A stretch of DNA of 64,000 bases from Azolla caroliniana (lineage: Eukaryota; Plantae; Polypodiophyta): positions 558,001-622,000 of the forward strand of contig JBHGNT010000015.1 in NCBI GenBank assembly GCA_043228905.1, in the 5' to 3' direction. The position numbers were made by a program, and so were the translations under genes. The first letter of the stretch is position 1. Each line of letters opens with the position of its first letter. Of this stretch, positions 10,977-22,280 are shown one piece after another. The notes beneath the pieces were generated by a model. The model was not told the DNA's origin and did not search any database. It saw nothing but the letters and a program-made list of their open reading frames with translations.

Positions 10977-12428
10977 CTATTTCCGTCCCCAGTCGGTATC
11001 CGCCCTTCCTGGGTTATCTTGCGGGTTGGACCCATCGGCATCGTTCCGTCGTTGCCCGAATCGGGTCTCGTACCGTTGTGAGGGCCCGACCGCTCCGGCT
11101 TTCCCCACCCGTTTGTCTTCAACCAGAGCCTCGTAGTTCCGGCAGGCGGCTTCTACAAAGCCCGTCTTCTCCTCGACCGGATCGCTCCACCCGGTTATTT
11201 CCTGGACCCGTCTCTCAGTGCGGTCCGTTTCATCTTTCCTTAGTCGTGCGCCGGCAAGACCTTCCAGCATTGCCGACCAGAATCCGTCTTTGCCCTCCTT
11301 TCGGGCCTCGTTGCCCCCGACCCAAATGCCGGCCGACGCCGAGTAGTGGATGGCCTCCACGTGTCGGGCCGCTGCCTCTTCCATTAGTCTCTTCATTCCT
11401 CCTCGCCCGTCGTTTTGGTTCAAGGCCCTCCTGGTGTCGCCGGCGTGCACCCAGCCTTCCCACAGGTACACCACTCGGTTCCTCAACGCCTCTGCGAAAT
11501 CGCCGCAGTCCTTCCGAATGTGGCCGACCTCGTCGCACCACATGCACCTGTTCCCCGCTGCCGGTCGTCGGTCACGAGCCTGTTCACCGCCTTCCCTTCG
11601 AGTCTGGGCGATCTGGAGATCCTTTATCGCCCGCGTCAACTCCTCCAGCGATGCCCCTCCGGACGAGCCATTGACCATGCCGGTCGAAGCCGAACCGGTT
11701 TCGAGCCATTCCCGGGTTTCTTCCCTTCGCACTTGCGGTGCCGGTTCAAGCCTCCTTGCTGTGACAGAGCCCGCACCGGTCGCCCCGTTGTCAGCCCATT
11801 CTCGTCGTTTGTCGGAACGGCCACAGACTCTCTTAACCGCAGCCCAGTCGGTTGTCAGCCCGTCTTCGGTTTCCAGCAAGGAGCCGACTTTATCCTTGTC
11901 CCGCTCGTCCACCGACTTGACGAACAGTAGGACCCGGCTCGTATCCAGAACGGTTCGGTCAAGCGCCGAAAGGCGCGCAAAGCGTTCTTCGAACTCCCGG
12001 AGGAGTGCTGACACGTTTCTTCCCTTGCCGGGGGACTCCACCCATTCCATGAAGTCCCGCTTCGAAAGCCGGAGCGCGTCGTCCAACCCGTATTTTTCTA
12101 GGAGTCGGCCTCCGAACTCCTCCCAGGTACGGCTCTCCGCCCGCACCTCGAGCACCTCCGCATGGATGCTCGGCATCGCCACTCGAGGAAACCCGACAAG
12201 ACGCCTCTCTTCCGGAATGTCCCGCATCAACATTTCTGCCCCGTAGGACGCCAAATACTTCGTGGCATCCTTTCCGCTGAACCGGCCGATCGTACCGACG
12301 ACCGCCTCAATGGCTCTGTCGAGGGCGCCGGTGCCCTCGCGTGCACTCAATATCCGATCCACGGCCGAAGCCATGGCCTCTGCAAGATCCGACCCTTTCA
12401 TCTTCTGCTCTTCTGCCGCCTCTTTCAC
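10977..12428 (-). CDS. Element A Gag (zinc knuckle); ORF broken near its 3' end
   Basis: CMWCDEVGHIRKDC CCHC knuckle; lies just inside the 5' LTR. Confidence 0.85.
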   Translation of the reverse strand: MKEAAEEQKMKGSDLAEAMASAVDRILSAREGTGALDRAIEAVVGTIGRFSGKDATKYLASYGAEMLMRDIPEERRLVGFPRVAMPSIHAEVLEVRAESRTWEEFGGRLLEKYGLDDALRLSKRDFMEWVESPGKGRNVSALLREFEERFARLSALDRTVLDTSRVLLFVKSVDERDKDKVGSLLETEDGLTTDWAAVKRVCGRSDKRREWADNGATGAGSVTARRLEPAPQVRREETREWLETGSASTGMVNGSSGGASLEELTRAIKDLQIAQTRREGGEQARDRRPAAGNRCMWCDEVGHIRKDCGDFAEALRNRVVYLWEGWVHAGDTRRALNQNDGRGGMKRLMEEAAARHVEAIHYSASAGIWVGGNEARKEGKDGFWSAMLEGLAGARLRKDETDRTERRVQEITGWSDPVEEKTGFVEAACRNYEALVEDKRVGKAGAVGPSQRYETRFGQRRNDADGSNPQDNPGRADTDWGRK

Positions 12429-15120
12429 GTCGATTTCACCAAGATGTCGAGGTATTCCTCACGGATGCGTGGAATGAGGCGGGACCTCGGGGGTCCTGTA
12501 CCGAAGAGCAAGAGAGGAAGGAAAAGAGACCCTCTACGTGCGAGCGTAGATCCACAGGGACACGGCCCTTCGACGCAAAGACGCAAGTGGGACAGCGACA
12601 CAGAAAGACACGAATGTATGTATGTATTAACAAAGACAAACAATCAAAAACACGAAGTCGGTTACAACCGAATAGGCCGGCGAACAGATGTCGATGCCTA
12701 TTCGTAAACGCACAGAAGGAGAAGAGTAGGTTGGAGGTGCTGCCGGAAGCACTCGGGCATTCCTCAGAGCAGCGCGAGCCTCCTGAAAACCTGCACAGAA
12801 AGCAGCCACGGAGTTTGTGAGCCAGAGAGAGAGAGAAGCCTTCGCCCACAAACTGACAGCACTTCGTCCTCGACTCTCCGCGATCCCTTCCTCTTCCTCG
12901 TCTCCCTCCTTTTCTAGGCCAGGAAGGAGCCATTTCCCCTTTACTTCTTACCTACCGAATCTACCTGCCTAGGATCTCCTATGTACAACGTAAGGCGCAC
13001 GTGGATGAAGAGCCGGTTCCTACGCTCCGGTGCACCGATTCCGCTTGTGGATGGTTTTCTTCACGACAACGATTGTTAGATGGTGATGTTGATTACAATC
13101 AATGAATGGGGAGGCTTGCTTTGCATTTGAGAGAACACTAATCTAGCCCCTACCAAGCGATACCCTAGTCCAATCCTAGCTCTTGCCAATTGGGCACGAG
13201 TTTCCTACTTGAAGTATGATACAAGAGTTGAATCTCATGATTGACAAAAATCTCGGCCCTTGATATGATGCATTTTTTGTGTATCCTATAATATAGTGAT
13301 GTCCACCATGCTTCTCCTCATATGGAGAGTCTTATAAAGTTGAACATCATTAATAAGATGGTAAATTACCAATATGTGGGCATTTGAGATAGCTTAGGGT
13401 CATCTTTAAGAGACCTAATAGACTTATCCTTGGGACAATGCTTCCATTTAATCAATAGTCGGGGATTAGGCATGTCATGCGATATATGTACACCATGTAA
13501 TCTCATTGATTTGAGAACAAACTCTAATTCTAACAATTTATACTCTAATAGCGACCAATCTTGAGGTTTTTGATGGTTTTGGTTCAACACCATAGATTAA
13601 CATAAATGGTTAGAAGTTAGAACTATTATAAATAGATTCAATATGTGGGAGATGCAGATGGCATCCAAATCAATCATGTTTAAGATATAATTTATTCGAC
13701 GTTGAAGACATATTTGTAGAAAGAGCATGCCAACTCAACCTTGACTATGGCAATTAATTATGTAAGACTTAATGCTAGCCTATAATGCACATGTGATGTA
13801 ATCATGCCATAGCCAAGAAATAGAGTTGCTTTAGAGTTTCAAACTTGGATGGTTGTATCCATGTGATTAACTATAATGGTGTTTAACATCACAAATTAGG
13901 TTACAAGTTCTTGTCAATACCCCTCGACATAACACCTAATTATGAATAAATTACTTATAAATGGTAGTAGATAATAGATATTAACAAACCAAGCATGCTC
14001 CTTGCATTTCAAAATAGGCGAGGCTACATCAACAAGGACAAGCAATCGTGATTCAACCAAGGCATTGCATATGAAAGCATGATATGAAAGTATTATCTTT
14101 ATACATCGTGTAAGAGAGATTAGGTATTCCCATTAATTAGCAAATTATCATATACGATTCACAAACACAATGTGTTGAAGTTCTATATGTAAAATATGTG
14201 AACATGATGGTGTAGTTGTAAAGGCACAAAAACTTATGGTCAAGGGTGCAAACCTCAAGAATGGGTGTTCTTTATGAGAATTCTTCATAGTTTTAAGTTC
14301 AAGGATACGTTCATTGAACATTATAAATCACTTTCCACAGTGCTCGGCAACTTTGGTGAACACTTCTTAATCGTCACTCATTTTGTCTCAAGTGCAAATG
14401 AAATAATCGAAGGCCTAATGTTGTGGTTGTCAACCATTGTGCTACATGCGAAAGAAGCAAATCGAAGGACTATTAAGTGTTGAGAATTGAACTCAACTTC
14501 CCTTAGAGACAGTGTTCACACTAGCCAGTGGACATCATACTAGGCTAGTTTTGTAATTTGTAAAAAGGGCACTTGCTCGAGACTAGTTGGTATTTGGCCG
14601 AACAAGAACTACGAACAAAGATCGACTCAGGCACATGTTCGAAGAAAGTCCGCTTACGACAAGGCTGAGTGGACCATAAGAGCCCCCAAGTGACCAAAGC
14701 ACATCTCTCTCTCTCTCTCTCTCTCTCTCTTTGTTGTCCTACGAGTGTACACACAGTTCACCTCCGCTGCACAACATCACCTATGCCTCTCATTCTTTAC
14801 ACTAAGTCATTGAGACATAAAGGAAGTAAATTGCAAGACAACAAAGTCGTTGAGATGTAAAGGAAGCAATCAAAGTCTTGTAAAGCCACAAAAATAGCAG
14901 AATCACTCGATTGTATGTAAAAATCATTTCATGCAACCCAAGGAAGCGCGAGTGCTCGAAAATGGCAACAAATGATCCCTCTCCCCCTTCCCGATCGGCA
15001 CACTCCATGCCTAAGTCACAAAATGTAGAGGAAGCAATCGACAAACATGTGGTAGTGGAAGGACTTGAAGGGCGTGTGGAGTACGAGGACTCACCTTGGA
15101 TGGAGATGGGAGGGACTACA

Positions 15121-15498
15121 AAGAGAATAAGACGTAAAACCTCATGTAAAACCTTGGCATCTATCTATCGATTCATCAATATATAAAGCAAGATTTCCCC
15201 AAGAGAGAATAAGACTTAAAAGCTCATGTAAAACTCTGGCATATATGTATCTATTGATCGATATATAAAGCAAGATCACCCCGAGTCTCGAGAGAGAACG
15301 AGACTTAAAAACCTCGTGTAAAACCATGGCATCTATCTTATCTATTTATTGATCGATCAATATCTATCTATCTATCTATCTATTTATTGATCGATCAATA
15401 TATAAAGCAAGATCAACCCCAAGAGAAAATAAGAGTTAAAACCTCATGTAAAACCTTGGCAATCTATTATCTATACATACATAAAGCAAGATCACCAC
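15121..15498 (+). repeat. Four imperfect ~80-bp tandem repeats upstream of the DUF262 gene
   Basis: Unit AAGAGAATAAGAC..AAAACCTCATGTAAAACCTTGGC...ATATATAAAGCAAGATCACCCC, starting near 15121, 15201, 15290, 15421. Confidence 0.85.
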
Positions 15499-15663
15499 AA
15501 GAGGAGAGAAAGAAAACAGTTCTTTCTTTCTTTCTCTCTCTTTCTCTTATATCCTCCCTTACATACCTATATACATACACAGACTGTGGTTTCCTCTTCG
15601 TCTTTATATGTACGCAAGCGAAGGCAGAAACCTACCTTACATCCACACGTAGAAGGGGGGGAA

Positions 15664-18600
15664 ATGGTGATCGCCTGCAGCCGGAGCTCAGTACCGTTCT
15701 GCCCGCTCGCCTCTACTTCTTCATCCTTAATCTGCAGCTCCTCACCATTTCCCTGCTCATTCCTGCCTGCTTCTTCAGAAGAAGAGAGGGGGAGGAGGAT
15801 CAGGAGGAGGCTCCGGTGTAAACGGGAGGCACATACGTTTCTGTTTGCGCTATCCGTTTCTAGTTATGATCCACATTCAGCAGAGCGCCAGTCTGAAGAG
15901 GAGAATGGAAGCATTGTGGAACGGCGGCTTGTGTCTGGAGAGAGAGTACTGCAAATCTCCAAGGCAGGTTAGTCTATTTCTGTTTCTTCCTTGTTCTTGT
16001 CTCTAGTGCATCCTTAACTTTCGCCATCACCCGTCAGTATACAGTTTTTAGTTTTAGCCACGATAATAAAAGTCACAGAACCCTAACTATGTGTTTGTCA
16101 GAGAAAAAACGTCTCGAATTTTTCAGTTTTTTTTGTGGCATTTTATATAGGATTTCTTACTGTAACATGCTATCAAATGTTGTAAAAGAAATGTATTGAA
16201 CACGCCATTTCATGTAGCATATCTTACTCCAATGGTGTTGCCACACTGTATTCTCAGCATCTTCATCTTCATTTGTTGGAAAAGTGGTGTATTGTATACA
16301 TCAAATTTATGCCGTTTTCTCTGTAGCTTCAAATGTAGCTGAGGTAAAAGTTACGCAATGCTGCATAAAAATGCTACACAGAAACCAAATCCTGTTCATA
16401 ACAGAACCATAAAAACTTATTTCTTGCTTCCAGTCGACAATGCGTATCAGAATGCAAGTGAAAATATATTCATAAGTTGATTATACATAGGGAAATGATC
16501 AAATTTAGGAATAATCAATTTATATAATTGATGTTGAGTTAGAATAATTCTCCTTCACTTGATCTGGTCAAATTATACCATATACTGGGGCTGTTAAAAT
16601 TTACTGTATTCCAAATCTAAATATACAGTCTCTGGCATCTAAGGGCAATGCTTTCTATGATAGATTTCACAGTGAGCTCTATACTGGACAAAATCAAGAG
16701 GGGAAAGCTAGATCTACGGCCATCTTATCAGGTGAACATGCGTGTGCTGGTTCTGTTCTCATATATGTAGTCGACATTATATAATCTGCAAATTTAACTA
16801 AAGGGTACAGGATAACTGGTTCTGTGTAACTGAACCACTGCATGCTTGATTTAATTGTGCAGAGAGACTATGTATGGGACAAGAAAACTGCCAGCAAACT
16901 TATCGAGTCTCTCTTGCTGAATATACCTTTACCAACTATGTTTTTCCATGAGCGAAGCCAGTGAGGATCTCGTTCCAACTAATGTCATTCAAGGTGCACT
17001 TGGTTGTAAACAAATTATAACACAGTAATAATATGCCTATCCATTTTCAGGGGGCATTTGGAGGTTGTTGATGGCAAGCAGCGTTTGACAAGCATTTGGT
17101 GATTAGCTTTTCTCTTTAGAGTTTTTTTCCTTATTGCATTTATCTATTTTGTGGTTCCACAGGTTCAACAGCATGAATTCCAGTTCAGTACAAGTTGTGG
17201 CTGTAATCAAAATATACTAGCACTGATTTTGTGGCTCACTGTGGTTTGTTGATCAGGTGTTACATGGAAGAAGAAAGGTTTCCAGATGGCACAGAGTTTG
17301 CATTGACTGGTCTAGATGTATTGGAGAAGGTAAGGCAGATAATATGTGTAATTTATGTTGACCAATGATGAAGGTCTTTCTTACACAGAAACTCATGATA
17401 GTTTGGAATGCTTAAAAAACAAAAAATTGGTTTAAAATTTCTCATTTCTGATTGCAGTTAAATGGCAATAAATACTCTGATTTAAACGATTCTTTGCGTG
17501 AGGTATCATTTTACTGAAAGAACCTATGAACAACACTTGTTCTTCTTCTTTTGTGTAACCATGGTTGTCTTTGATGAGAGTTACCGCCATGGGTTTTACC
17601 TTTTATATTTGATGCATCGAAAATCTTCTGCAGGTCATGCGGGATTTTGCATTGAATGTTCACACCATTTCCAGGAATTCAGATGATGATGTTGTGTTTG
17701 AGGTAACGAAGAATATGATACACACAAACAGCTGTTATCTTCATAGAGCTTAAGTTCAACTATGTTTCATAATTTATGTAGGTGTTTGAACGGCTCAATA
17801 TGGGTTCAACGCAGGTATTTTAGTGAAATTCGTTTATGTTATCCAACTCTCTAATTTTGTTTTTCGTATAGAAATTAAAGTAGATACCATTTCTTTATAT
17901 TCTTGTAATTTGTACTCTCAAATAGAAACTATAGTGAAATGAACCTAAATGGAACTTTCCTTACTGGCTTTGAGCATTTTAATTTCATAAGGGGTAGAAT
18001 ATTCAGTCAGTTTGGATATGCTTGCTTCTTCTTAACTAATAAATTACATTCCGATACATTGAAACACAAAATGGATTGTGTTGACCTGCCCAATTTGGGT
18101 ATAAAACAATTTTGAATGAGCATTTGCCATTTGCACTAAATTTACAGAAAATCAAATTTCCTTTGGCTGTTTGACTTGTTTATCATATTGCTTTGATCAC
18201 AACCTCAGGTAATCTCCATCATGAAAGCTCATCACTGAAGTTGATGCGAGAAATGGTTCTAATGCTCATTATCTATTTTTATATATCTGGTATTTATGAA
18301 AAATCATTGCCTCTTTAAAATTGTTGTGGAGTCGTCTTTGTGTGCAAAAACCATCTACTGCATCAACTTGCAATGTTAAACACAATATGTGTTGCATCGA
18401 TTTCATGACCATGGAACTGCAATCCACATATTTTTTTATGTTTTGTGCTAAATGTTCCTCGCATTATCTCTTGATGTGTTTTTTACAAATATTTTAATGT
18501 TTGAGATAAAATGTTTGACTAGGTGTTTTCACAGAAGTGCTATATATAGATAATTTGAAATACTCTAGAAAAACCTCTTAATCAACTGGTTACTTTCATC

Positions 18601-21600
18601 GTCATATTTGTGCATTATTTTTCTTTAACTGATTTCACAAGGGATCTATTATATTTATTTTTTATTTTTGTGATGGCTATATTTTCACGATTTCATTTGA
18701 AATTGTCTGGAGAAAAACCTTTTAATCAAAATTTCACTTTCATCATCATATTTGCTACTTTATTGGTCTTAAACTATATTGAAAACGTCCATTTTATTTA
18801 CTTTTTAGTTTTATGATGCTGCCACTATTATGACTTTGCTTGCAGCTTAATGAGCAAGAACTTCGGAATTGTGTCTTTCAAGGCAGGTTTGAAATTTTTC
18901 TACAGCTGAGATGGACAAAATTAATGAATGCAGATATATTGTGATTTTACTTTTCCGTTACATGTTTCAGAGGCACTTTTCCCCTTTAATTGAAGAAACA
19001 AATCTTCCGCTATTTCAGTTACAACGAATTTCTGAATGATATGGCTCAACATCCTGATATGCTCAAGGCATTTAGACAGGATAGCCCACATAAAAGGTAT
19101 TAGATAAGATATGATTCAGCCATGTGAATATTATATTTTGATGGATTACGTTCTCTCCAGCTTGATGGCCTTCATCACATTTTACAGGATGCGCGATAGG
19201 GAATTTATCTTGCGTTTTTTCTGCTTAAGGCGTGGCGGCGTCGAAAAGTTTACTTTGCCCGTGAAGAATTGGTTAAATGATGAAATGCGCTGGTAATCTG
19301 CCTATCCCTTTTCATTCTTGAATCTTAATGAAACCTGGAAGATTTGGTAATCAACATGTTCTTTTCAACTCTTAAGGCATTTTAATCAAAGCTGAATGTT
19401 TTTGGCAAAAACAAATGAATAATGCAACACTTCATGAATATAAATCTCACTGCATTCCTCCGAGACAAACATGTTTGTGCACATATATGTGTGCCTGTAC
19501 TTGCTCACATATGTATGGATGCAATGTGCATGGATCCAGATTCGTGAATGCATGCCCAACCTAGTGCTCATAGTTTTGGATACTCTTCGTGAGTATTTGT
19601 ACTTGTTGGATGTAAGTCTCACTGTGGGGGTTTGATGATATGTCAAATTGGTGATGATTTCTTTTCACATGTGAGTTCCATTTTGCAGTGTAGCTGTTGT
19701 GTGTGCCTAAACATGGGGGTCTCGAAATGAGCCCAAAACACAGTCGGAAGAAGAGAGAATAAGCAAAAGAGAGGTTTTATTAGCATTACTTCAGCATGAT
19801 TACAAAATATATTAGTTACAAGCTCCTTGGAGCTAACTATGATTGAGTGAGAGAGGGAGAGGGGTTTCAAAACTTAGTATCAAGGGAATAATTCAAAATG
19901 AGTAGAAGCTTCTCCATATATAGGCCAAGGGGTGGTTGTTGGGCTACCCTAGCCGTTATGCCATGAGGTGGCTACTGGGATCCCTTGTGGCTGATTGTTG
20001 GTACTGGGACATTGCTGCTTTTGTAGCAGGGTCTGAGACTGGGTCTTTCATGAGTCCCAGTTCAGATTGGGACTGGTAGTCCCAACCCAAGGGTGGAACC
20101 CCTTTTTTGGGACTGGAACTGGGACTGGGACTGGACCGAGATTGGGACTGGTTCCCTTCGTGGGTCTCAACTCCTCATGCTTGTGCCAACCTCAATTGGG
20201 ACTCTCTTGTCCCAACTCGTTTTTGAACTTCTTGAGTCTGTCCTGACTCACTTCGGGACCATGTTCCAGTTGGGACTGTTTAGGAGCACCACAGTAGCAA
20301 AGTAAATACAATTTGATTTTGATATACATAGATATGCATGAGTGCTAGAACTGCTGGAATGAATTTATGTGGGCTCTAACCACAACAGCGTTGTGAAGTG
20401 TCTTAGAAGGTTGATTTCAACTTCACAAATATTCACATTACAATGCTACATGTGTCTATAATAGCAAATTACAACTTTATGGTTTGACCAGCATTTTCGA
20501 TTGAGTACATACATGCATTCTCACTTAGCATTCCGAGGTTATATTTATCATTCTGCAGAGCTTTTTGATGAACTTTGCAGCTTGTGGCATACTTGGTTCG
20601 AGGGGACAATTTTGACTATTTTTTCTTGGCCACACTTACCAGAATTTCTATGGGCGCACTAGAGACATGCCTCCTTTTGGGAACCTGTATCAATTATCAT
20701 TACCTTTTTCGATCTATGGTGCATTTGCTCACAGTTTATTTGTAGTAGTAAGCAGCTATCCGCCATTAGCATATTGGTCCACAATTGGGTACCCATTGCT
20801 TAGAGGTGAAGGATGCATTTACTTTTGCTTTGCAAGTACCTCAAGCGAAGAGATGCCCTTTACTCCGTGTTTGGACAATGATACTACTGTTGTTTTTCTT
20901 TATTAATTCCACTCTCTGCTGTTGAGTGCCATTTGAACATCTTGTTGCCATATTATAACTGTCGCTAGCTATATCTGTGAATTAAGTTTGATGTATTCAG
21001 AAGAATTGAAGAACGAGATTATTTACACTTTTATATGAACTAACAATTATTTGGATTTTGTAGCCATCAAAATCTTGGGGCTGAAGAAAAGAAGGAAATG
21101 AGTTTGGATTTCTCACGGTGCATCGCTCTCTCTGTTGAGATTTTTGGTGACAGGGTCTTCAGGCAACCAAGGTACAGTTTGAATACAATGAATTTCAGTA
21201 AATCTTGTCGACTTCTAAATGTTGTTACAGATGTGGTTTATCATAAGTAAGCTAGCAGCCAAAAAAATGCATGTATAATGCTATATAAATTGATGGGTAA
21301 CCTTGCAATCATACACATTAATGGGTTTGATTTCATGCATGCGACATTGTCTGCATCAGTGGTACAGATTTCCTCTGAAATAGGTATCAGGTTACCTGTT
21401 CTGGCATATCTTTTAGTGGGACCTAAATTGGGTTTTGCAGTTATGTTTCAAGGAGGAAGATTTGGAAGTTATTGATATAGACTGACATTTGGTGTTTCCA
21501 TTCTACCATTTTTTATTTTATTCCTTCGCTGCAAAGTCTTCACCTGGATATTTTTCTAGGTATCATGTTTTAGAATCAGTGTATAGTGGAAATTTAAGCT

Positions 21601-22280
21601 ACTATATTTCTGTAACTTTCTTTTGAATATTGATTCATAGTCTTTGTCTAATACACATTTTTCTGTATTTGTACAAGGCACTAGTAAGATTTGCAAGGCA
21701 TGGTCTCTCTATTAGCACTTTTCGTACCTATAGACAACGCCATTAGATTTTTTAATGCTTTACCATTGATTAAATTATTGTGCGGCCATATTTATCTCTC
21801 AAGATTAGTGCTAATGGCTAATGGCTAATGGCAGGGGATTGAAGTATGATGTTGACGTGAATGCATGCCTTTGGGATACAGTGATGGTAACTATTATTTT
21901 CATGATTTGCATTCTGTAATGGAAAGCCTTTGTCCTTACTTCCTCGATAATTAGTTAGTCTTAACCATTTTCCTTCCTAGCTTGGGTTTCTGAAATACAA
22001 GAACATAGTAGCAGTTCGTTCAAAAAAAGATATTATTGCCAATGCATTGCACAAGCTGCTCGTTGAGGTGCGTTGTGATCTCTAATCTGGAATCAGAATA
22101 GATGTTGCTCCTGAGAATGGACTCCATGGTTCCACCATTGAAACTAATAATGATGGCTTTATCTTGTTTGATATTTAGGATGACGAGTTCAGGAGCTATC
22201 TTGTTTCCAATCCAAGAGCTTTAAAATTGCGAACTCAAAGATGGACAGAAACTTTGAGAAATATTTTAGGACCTCCTTGA
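15664..22280 (+). CDS. 15-exon DUF262 / GmrSD N-terminal domain (ParB/Srx fold) protein, about 436 aa, putative organelle transit peptide
   Basis: GT-AG exons: 15664-15967, 16664-16731, 16863-16960, 17051-17098, 17257-17329, 17458-17502, 17634-17702, 17782-17814, 18846-18886, 19019-19096, 19188-19292, 21064-21171, 21835-21886, 21981-22067, 22179-22280; 1311 nt, all phases compatible. Motifs LRPSYQRDYVW, SKLIESLLLNIPLP, VVDGKQRLTSI, VFERLNMG, LNEQELRN. Confidence 0.9.
19695..20293. mobile_element. Solo LTR in intron 11 of the DUF262 gene
   Basis: Starts TGTTGTG, ends CACCACA, 5-bp direct repeat GTAGC at 19690-19694 and 20294-20298; internal GGGACT repeats. Confidence 0.8.

Larger units (their letters stand above)
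1026..13068 (-). mobile_element. Ty3/Gypsy element A (no chromodomain seen, decayed), host of two nested insertions
   Basis: 5' LTR about 12445-13068 (TG...CA). 3' LTR remnant 1026-1123 matches 12971-13068 with 3 mismatches in 98 bp. PPT AGGTGGGGGCGGA next to 1123. Order gag-protease-RT-RNase H-integrase. Confidence 0.92.

Noticed and set aside
10865-12820. Long plus-strand ORFs (269, 298, 181 aa)
   Set aside because: Antisense shadows of GC-rich gag/LTR sequence with no recognisable motifs.
13069-15100. Gene between the retro nest and the DUF262 gene
   Set aside because: Only short motif-less ORFs; no consistent exon chain found.
15664-22280. Bacterial contamination as source of the DUF262 gene
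   Set aside because: Fourteen GT-AG introns, an intronic solo LTR and plant flanking genes show it is integrated nuclear DNA.
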